Below, in pieces: positions 57,487 to 64,000 of a stretch of DNA of 64,000 nt; position 1 is the first letter of the stretch; every line of letters starts with the position of its first letter. The stretch is from positions 17,421-81,420 of the forward strand of contig CAMWXP010000002.1 in NCBI GenBank assembly GCA_947178255.1, written 5' to 3'. The stretch comes from an uncultured Clostridia bacterium (GTDB lineage Bacteria > Bacillota > Clostridia > Christensenellales > Pumilibacteraceae). The translations under genes and the position numbers were made by a program. The notes beneath the pieces were generated by a model. That model was not told where the DNA came from, made no database searches, and was given only the letters and a program-made list of their open reading frames with translations.

Positions 57487-60216
57487 TTATGCTTGTTGCA
57501 TAGTGAACGTGTAGACCGTATCGTCCATGTCTTCTTGTTGCAATGTAACGGTGACAACGCCTTGTGCATAGTTTGCGGTTATTTCGTACTCATAGCCGTC
57601 GGCTACCGTTATGCCGGAAATCGTCACGTTGCCGTCTTGCTCGGAGTCCCACGATGCCGTAGCAATCTTTACATATGCGTTACCCCTGTATTGCCAAAGC
57701 ACACATTTGCCGTCATTATACAACCCAAGTCTTGCCAAAGAAATGGTGGGATCTACGACCCATGTTTCTTCGCTTAAAAGGTCGGCAAAGTCAGGGTCAC
57801 CGTCTTCTTCCTCGCCTGCGGGCGTAAACGTATATGCAGGCGCAAAAGCGTCGGGATCGTTAAAAAATTCAAGAACGCCTTCATTGACATATACATCGTA
57901 CTCGACTTCATTATCATCGTCCAAGAGCGCGATAAACGTATAATTATCGCCGTTCTTTTCCCACAGTCCTGCTTCGACGCCTTGATCAGTAATCCATATA
58001 AACGTTCCATCGTCATAGACGGCAAGTGTATCGCCATTCTCCGCTTCGTACTCGCCGACGATGGGATCGGCGGGAACCTCAAACGTAAGGTCGCCCATCC
58101 AATCGGAATATATAAAGCTACCGTCTACATAGATCATTTCGCCGTACTGACCTTCAAATAAATATTCGCCATCTGACTTAGTCCATGTTCCCAATTCATA
58201 ATACGACAAAGCGTCATCTTTGTCTATGATAGTAAATTCACCGAACTTCTGTATTGTAAGGACAAACTGTCCGTCTTCCGTTTCGTACTCGCCTACAATG
58301 GCATCGGGTTCGGCATAGTCCGTGTAGTAGTAGCAAGCAAACAGCCACTCAGTGCCGAGCTCAGGCGCTGCAAGCTCCAAGTACTCTTTGAGCGTATCGT
58401 CAAGCGGATATACGTCGTCGCTGTTTACATTTTTGGCGTAGTAATTTTCGGCAAGGTCGACAGGAATGGATAGATTGTTGCCTTCAATCTTGTAATCATC
58501 AAAGCCCCTAAGCGCTATGCGGAAATCCTTGTAGGTATTGCCCTTGTCGGTTGCCGCTTTATCCGCGTCGCTTGTTGTATCAAAAACGAAATACGAAGGA
58601 TGTACTTCGACTGCCTGCTCCATATAGACAAGCGGCCTATTGTTAAACTGATATCTGACGGGACTGATTGCTCCCATAAGATTTACGTAAACCACGGGGC
58701 CGGTCTCGCTGCCGAGGTGATATTTGCCGTCGGTACCCTTTACAACGGTCGCGTCCAACGCTACCGGAGCAAGTTCCTTAAAGAAATCATCATTATCTGC
58801 GGTTTTCGTAAGATTGGTGGGGTTCACAACAATCGTATTGTTGGTGTGTGTGCCTATCTTTTCGATTTTCACTTCTACCGCCGCGGGATAACTGTCAGCC
58901 TTGACCGATACCGCAAAGTAAAGATTGCCCTGCATTTCCTCGGTGTACTTGACGGTTACCTCTTTGCTGTCGGTGTAATCGGCATCATCGAATTCAGTGT
59001 ATTCCACCATAGTTTCGCTATCCACTTGTTTGATAGCGCCGTTGCCGTTAACGGTCAGCTTATAGGTGGAGCCGGCTGTGGGGTCAAGTTCTATAGTTGC
59101 ATTCTTGCCCTGCTTATTTGATTCGGCCTTGACCGTGCCCGCTCCGGTTACGGTCGTATAGGTGGCGTACGGAGTTGACAATATCGTTTCGGCGGTCACT
59201 TTTTCATCGCCGTTGTTGGTAACGTTAAGGTAGTACTTTTTACCCTTTTCCAACGTTACAGGCGGGTTAAACATGCCGTTGCCCGACAAATGGCTGTCAC
59301 CGAGCAAGAACGACTCGTTCAGCTTGCAAGTCAACTCATCAGGCTTATCGGAATAGAAATAGTAATCGCCGCTGTAATCCGCCGTATACTCGTAGTAAAC
59401 AGTGGAATTTGCCTCAACCGCGATATCCATCTTGTATGCCGCCATGCCGTCCACATACCAATAATCGCTTTCAAGCTCCGCGTCGGAAATCTTTATATCG
59501 TCGGTAAGCTTTATGACGTTGACGGGATAAATTTTTATTGTTTGTTCTACAACGGTGTCGGTAAGCTCGGTATATACGGGTACCATTGCCGTTCCGTTCG
59601 ATTGAGTATAGTTGCCGCTTGCATTTTGATGTATGGCATAAGTGCCGTCGCTCTCAAAAGCGTAGCCTGCGGGAAGACCTTTGATTTGGATGTGGTAATC
59701 GGTCTTAGTCGCGTCGTAAATTTTGACGATACCGTTTGCGTCGGGCTCCACAAGTTCGAGACAGTTGTTGCTCTCTACCGTGCAAATGCCCACCAATACG
59801 CCCGCCGCCGTGTACGCGGTGTTATCGTAATTGACAAGCTTGATCGTGTACGACGCAGGCATTTCCTCCAACGTGACCGTAAGATTGCGTCCGTCGAATT
59901 TGAGTTCGGCGCCGTCCGCTACCTTGTAGCCTCTGGGAAGGTCGTCCAATGTGACCGTATAGCCGGCGTCCTCGGCAAGAGAAAATTCCGCCTTGCCGTC
60001 GACGCCTGTTGTTACGGGCTTACCGAGTATGGTCGAGCCCTTTTTGACCGTAACCTTTACACCCTCCGCAGCGGAATCCCCCGCCTTGACTGTGACAGTG
60101 TATGTAACAGAGTTGTCCTGGGGCGTGTCGCCGCCGCAAGCCACAAACAGCCCGGCGCACACGGCAAGACAAAGCGCCAAAAGTACAAGCACTATTTTGT
60201 TACGCAGTTTTGTCAT
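57487..60216 (-). CDS. 909-aa acidic lipoprotein: Ig/prealbumin-like N-domains, unnamed central domain, C-terminal short beta repeats
   Basis: lipobox FVAC; GVKVTV..TTGVDGKAEF; repeated IVGEYE motif; GGAGG RBS. Confidence 0.75.
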   Translation of the reverse strand: MTKLRNKIVLVLLALCLAVCAGLFVACGGDTPQDNSVTYTVTVKAGDSAAEGVKVTVKKGSTILGKPVTTGVDGKAEFSLAEDAGYTVTLDDLPRGYKVADGAELKFDGRNLTVTLEEMPASYTIKLVNYDNTAYTAAGVLVGICTVESNNCLELVEPDANGIVKIYDATKTDYHIQIKGLPAGYAFESDGTYAIHQNASGNYTQSNGTAMVPVYTELTDTVVEQTIKIYPVNVIKLTDDIKISDAELESDYWYVDGMAAYKMDIAVEANSTVYYEYTADYSGDYYFYSDKPDELTCKLNESFLLGDSHLSGNGMFNPPVTLEKGKKYYLNVTNNGDEKVTAETILSTPYATYTTVTGAGTVKAESNKQGKNATIELDPTAGSTYKLTVNGNGAIKQVDSETMVEYTEFDDADYTDSKEVTVKYTEEMQGNLYFAVSVKADSYPAAVEVKIEKIGTHTNNTIVVNPTNLTKTADNDDFFKELAPVALDATVVKGTDGKYHLGSETGPVVYVNLMGAISPVRYQFNNRPLVYMEQAVEVHPSYFVFDTTSDADKAATDKGNTYKDFRIALRGFDDYKIEGNNLSIPVDLAENYYAKNVNSDDVYPLDDTLKEYLELAAPELGTEWLFACYYYTDYAEPDAIVGEYETEDGQFVLTIQKFGEFTIIDKDDALSYYELGTWTKSDGEYLFEGQYGEMIYVDGSFIYSDWMGDLTFEVPADPIVGEYEAENGDTLAVYDDGTFIWITDQGVEAGLWEKNGDNYTFIALLDDDNEVEYDVYVNEGVLEFFNDPDAFAPAYTFTPAGEEEDGDPDFADLLSEETWVVDPTISLARLGLYNDGKCVLWQYRGNAYVKIATASWDSEQDGNVTISGITVADGYEYEITANYAQGVVTVTLQQEDMDDTVYTFTMQQA

Positions 60217-60275
60217 GTTTTTGCCTCCTGAAAAAATTTTTTTACGTCCATATATTCAGACGATAATAACTTATT

Positions 60276-60318
60276 GCCCTCATCTGGTGCTACGCACCAC
60301 CTTCCCCCAAGGGAAGGT
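60276..60318. repeat. REP-like half element (family of 9938-10052)
   Basis: GCCCTCATCTGGTGCTACGCACCACCTTCCCCCAAGGGAAGG. Confidence 0.65.
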
Positions 60319-60331
60319 CGACTACGGTTTT

Positions 60332-60363
60332 AATTCCGAATTCATAATTCCGAATTCCGAATT
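60332..60363. repeat. heptamer array
   Basis: AATTCCG AATTCAT AATTCCG AATTCCG AATT 3 nt past stop. Confidence 0.8.
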
Positions 60364-60366
60364 ATC

Positions 60367-63300
60367 TTAGGGGTTTTGCTCGTTGTACACTCTGTCATAC
60401 CAGCACAGTCTAAGCCACTCGTTGTCGAGCGCCTTATCGTATTCGATAGTGCCGTTGTCGTAAACGTTGAGCGGGTTGACGCGCGTTTCTATAAACAGAG
60501 TGAGCATGTCTTTGATTTCGTCGTTGACTTTGACAAGTCCGTCGGTAGACGCGGACGCGGTGATATAGCCATTTACTATATCCGTGTAATCCTTATAATC
60601 CCTGCCCTCGATGCCGTGGTTTGGTTGCGTCAAGTCATAGTCTATAACGTAACCGAGTAACGACGCCTCCACGTTAGCGCCGTTATACTGGTAGCTGTAT
60701 GCTATTCTGTAACGGAAATCGAAAGTACCAAAATCGCAATATTTGTTTTGGAACGGAACCTTTACGTTTTGTTTAGCAAGCGCCGTGAACGATAACGAGA
60801 CCGACGTGGGGTACTTGACGTCAAGGTAAATATACGGATCGTCGTCATGCTTGTCGTTTTCGTCGCCGACGCGGTAGTAGCCGTCGCTGTCCTTGTAGTA
60901 CGTAACCGCATACGAAAGCTCGTGGCCGATTATGGATTCGCCGTCCGGACCGAGTATGCCTATGAAGTCGCTCGACGAGCACGGCACCAGCTCGGTTGCC
61001 GACTGCCCGACTTTGGTTACCTTAAAGTTTAGCTCGCCCATCTCCTGCATGAGGAATGCTACTTCTATATAGTACTTGTGCCCGGCGGTCAAGTATCTGT
61101 ACACGACAAAGTTATGTTCGTTCACTCCGTCGCGCACCATGCGATTGTCACCGCTGTAAACAAGCGCGTGGTCGGGGTCGGTGCCGTCGTCGTACAGCCA
61201 GACCTGCGTAGCCTGCTGGCTGTCCGCGGGCAACAACGACTCTATTCTGTACACCGCACTCTCCGCGGGCGTGAACGTGTAAATAAGCGTGGGGAACGGC
61301 GCCATTTCTCGAGTAAGGGCAGCCGTGGTTTCGGTAGCCGACTCGACGGGAATTGCCGTTTTGGTGGTAAGTCCGATTATGGGATTACCTATATACTCGC
61401 CCTCGCCGTAGTGCGAATAGAAGCTGCACAGCTCCAACCACGCATTGGCGCGCGCCGAGCTGCCTTCTACTTCGGCGGTAAACGCTTTGAGCATTGCGCT
61501 AAGCTCCTCGTCTACCGGCACAAATCCGGGTATATCCGACGCGGTTGCGGCGCGGCAGTAAGTTATAAGGTCGTTGCGATAGTTGTATGTTTGACCGTTC
61601 TTGGTCATGTTGCATTTGTATGCATATCCGCCTTTTACCGCGTCCTCTGCATATACAAGCTCCGAAATGGAATTTATGCTCCAATTAGTTACGCCCGTCA
61701 TGTTGGCAAACAGCATGGGCTTTTCGTCGTCTCCGGCATACTGACTGTTTTCCAATTCGTCGAGCTTTACGTGATAGTAGCCGTCTACAAGCTCAACACC
61801 CACGTAGTGCGGATACTCGGTATCGTCCTCGTCGGGTGTGCCGTATGCCGCATAGCGCAACATATCCACACCGTCCATTGCGGACACGTTCTCAAACCGA
61901 ACGTTGCGAATATATACGTTGTCCAAGCCGATATCTCTGGTATTGTTTTTGATATACGACAAGCCCAAACCGTGCTCGTCCTCGGTAAGCTCGGCATACA
62001 AGTAGCATGTTTTCCAGCCGCCGGACGTGCCCGATATTTGCTTAACTATCATCCTGCCGTCCCAAACCGCCGACAAAATATCGGTGTCCGTTTCGGTTTG
62101 GCTGTAATAATCAAACGCAAGCACCTTGCCTGCCGGCATTTTGACGGTGGCGTACAGCGCGGACATCGAGTTGGGTTTTTTGGAGTTGGACGAACACAAA
62201 ACCTCATCGGTATCCGACACGCCTTCCTCCGTTTTGAGTATAAACGGCCACATCATATCGTTTTTCGTTTCGCCGTACCAGTTGACGTACATATCGTCGG
62301 TCGCCGTAAAGTTGTTGATTGCCGCAGCCACCTTTTCGTAATGGTCGGCGGGCACGGTTATGTCGGGTCTTGACATTTCGGTGTTGATCGATTCGCTCAC
62401 CTTGTCGCCGGGCGTGAACGTTTGCACGTAGTTATCGCCGATGAATTTGTTGATTAACCGCTCCCATACTTCCGCCGCGGTAACCGCGCCCGATTCGACA
62501 TGAGCAATCGCGCCGTAACGGTCGATTATGATAGTCGTGGGGAAGCCTGTTATTTGGAACCGCAATGCAAACGAGTTGTAGTCGCGCATCATCGGGAACG
62601 AATAGCCGTTGGCGTTGCGATAATTGACTATTGTCGCTTCAGAATCGCCGCCCTGATAATTGCTTATGGCCAGCAACTCGATTTTGTCCTTTAACTTATC
62701 GTACACTTCCTCCATAGCCGGCATTTCTTTAACACACCATGAGCATTCCGTGCCCCAGTTGTTTATGACAACCGCTTGCTTGGTTTCCAAAATCTTGGCA
62801 ATGGAATACGTTTCCTTGCGGCCGTCCACCTCGTACGGCGTGGTCCACTCGTAGTCGTGAATTATGTCGCCTATAACATAGGTCGCCGCGGTGGCGCTGG
62901 GCGCAGGCGGAGTGTCGAGTATTACCTCGGACGTAAGCACCACCTCGCCTTGCCGCACCGTCGACGTCAGAGTGGGTGTGGAAGTTACGGTATATCCTTC
63001 CTGAACGTTAGGTATGCGCACGGTATAATTGTCCGCAGGCAAATCGAATGCAAGAATGCCGTTATCGTCGGTCTTGTTCGAATAAATAGGTCTCGTGCCG
63101 CTGTATACAAAAACCGTCACGTCTTTAAGTTTAAGCCCGCCCGCGCTGCGCACGGTTACGGTATAGCTATCCGCCGTGCCGTCGCGCAATTCTATTACGG
63201 CGGTCGGCGCTTTGCCAGTTACCGTCTTGGTGTCGGTATAAATATTGCCGTTGGGAAGATTAGACACGGTAACGGTGTACTCGTCGTAATTGAGCTCACA

Positions 63301-63765
63301 AGCAGCATTGCCGTCCGCGCCGGTTACGGCCGTACCGCCTATGCCGTTGTCGTTAGCCCATGTCACGGTAACGCCGGCAGCCGGCGCGCCCGTTTTGTCC
63401 ATTACGGTAGCGGTATACGTAATCTTTACAGCCTGAAGCTGGAGAGTAATCTCACGCATCGAGGAAGTAACGGATATATCGTCATAGGACAAACCGTCGC
63501 CCATACCCGACAGCACCACCTTGTACGTGCCTGCGGGAACCATAGCCGTTGCAACTCCGTCCTCACCCGTAACGGCGCCGCCATGCGTCTTGCCCGACTG
63601 CTGCCACGATACGGTTACGTCCTTTTGCGGATTGCCGTCGGGCGCAAGCACAGTTACGCTGTACTCCAGCTTTTCAGCATCCGAGCCGCAACCTACCATG
63701 GCGAATGCCGCCGTGCAAAGCAACATAATTGCCGCCGTTATAAATACTAAAAGACGTTTTTTCAT
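60367..63765 (-). CDS. 1132-aa lipoprotein: 3 carboxypeptidase-regulatory-like Ig domains, TlpA-like thioredoxin domain, two copies of an unnamed domain
   Basis: lipobox MVGC; three GxxVTW..TGxDGxA repeats; NNWGTECSWCVKEMP CxxC and cis-Pro GFPTT; alternative leaderless ATG at 63819. Confidence 0.78.
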   Translation of the reverse strand: MKKRLLVFITAAIMLLCTAAFAMVGCGSDAEKLEYSVTVLAPDGNPQKDVTVSWQQSGKTHGGAVTGEDGVATAMVPAGTYKVVLSGMGDGLSYDDISVTSSMREITLQLQAVKITYTATVMDKTGAPAAGVTVTWANDNGIGGTAVTGADGNAACELNYDEYTVTVSNLPNGNIYTDTKTVTGKAPTAVIELRDGTADSYTVTVRSAGGLKLKDVTVFVYSGTRPIYSNKTDDNGILAFDLPADNYTVRIPNVQEGYTVTSTPTLTSTVRQGEVVLTSEVILDTPPAPSATAATYVIGDIIHDYEWTTPYEVDGRKETYSIAKILETKQAVVINNWGTECSWCVKEMPAMEEVYDKLKDKIELLAISNYQGGDSEATIVNYRNANGYSFPMMRDYNSFALRFQITGFPTTIIIDRYGAIAHVESGAVTAAEVWERLINKFIGDNYVQTFTPGDKVSESINTEMSRPDITVPADHYEKVAAAINNFTATDDMYVNWYGETKNDMMWPFILKTEEGVSDTDEVLCSSNSKKPNSMSALYATVKMPAGKVLAFDYYSQTETDTDILSAVWDGRMIVKQISGTSGGWKTCYLYAELTEDEHGLGLSYIKNNTRDIGLDNVYIRNVRFENVSAMDGVDMLRYAAYGTPDEDDTEYPHYVGVELVDGYYHVKLDELENSQYAGDDEKPMLFANMTGVTNWSINSISELVYAEDAVKGGYAYKCNMTKNGQTYNYRNDLITYCRAATASDIPGFVPVDEELSAMLKAFTAEVEGSSARANAWLELCSFYSHYGEGEYIGNPIIGLTTKTAIPVESATETTAALTREMAPFPTLIYTFTPAESAVYRIESLLPADSQQATQVWLYDDGTDPDHALVYSGDNRMVRDGVNEHNFVVYRYLTAGHKYYIEVAFLMQEMGELNFKVTKVGQSATELVPCSSSDFIGILGPDGESIIGHELSYAVTYYKDSDGYYRVGDENDKHDDDPYIYLDVKYPTSVSLSFTALAKQNVKVPFQNKYCDFGTFDFRYRIAYSYQYNGANVEASLLGYVIDYDLTQPNHGIEGRDYKDYTDIVNGYITASASTDGLVKVNDEIKDMLTLFIETRVNPLNVYDNGTIEYDKALDNEWLRLCWYDRVYNEQNP

Positions 63766-63885
63766 GACCCTCTCTCTAAAAAAAACGCGCCGAAAAACCC
63801 TTCTCGACGCCGTTGTCATACTTTATTATAGCATATGCAAAATTGAATTGCAAGTGTTTAAGGTAATTATTTTTTTATTCACAAC

Positions 63886-63912
63886 AAAAGCCCTTGATAA
63901 TCAAGGGCTTTT
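63886..63912 (-). terminator. terminator
   Basis: AAAAGCCCTTGA-TAA-TCAAGGGCTTTT. Confidence 0.8.
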
Positions 63913-63940
63913 GTTTGATTAGCATTATTTAATTAAAGAC

Positions 63941-64000
63941 TTATTTAGCAAGGCTGACAGCAACTGCGCAAGCAACCGTAGCGCCGACCATGGGGTTGTT
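63941..64000 (-). CDS. C-terminal end of GGGtGRT protein (partial)
   Basis: NNPMVGATVACAVAVSLAK* matches my recollection of the family C-terminus. Confidence 0.65.
   Translation of the reverse strand, partial: NNPMVGATVACAVAVSLAK

Overview
A 64-kb chromosomal segment of a spore-forming Clostridia (Bacillota) bacterium, probably an uncultured gut lineage (inferred from spo0A, bile-salt-hydrolase family gene, GGGtGRT protein). About 55 CDS, mostly on the minus strand. Housekeeping genes include mfd, pth, htpG, tpiA, gpmI, thyX, rlmB, mrnC, dnaB, pepF, psd and pssA. Also present: one tRNA-Pro(CGG), a preQ1-I riboswitch ahead of a queL-yhhQ queuine-salvage cassette, an FMN riboswitch ahead of a RibU-type S-component, and three large surface lipoproteins. 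I saw no integrase, transposase, reverse transcriptase or CRISPR array. The most unusual signals are mostly non-coding: (i) about 15 oriented AATT-core heptamer arrays at gene ends; (ii) a tRNA whose 3' end is repeated inverted just downstream, with a possible convergent tRNA-like RNA; (iii) a preQ1 aptamer coupled to a 3-codon uORF and a terminator; (iv) a 160-bp nested palindrome and several REP-like families. Protein-level oddities are an unnamed repeated domain in two giant lipoproteins, several catalytically eroded enzymes, a double-J-domain/Sel1 protein, an orphan LoaP, an apparent ATT start codon and several leaderless-type promoters. All family assignments are from motif recognition by eye; no database search was run.
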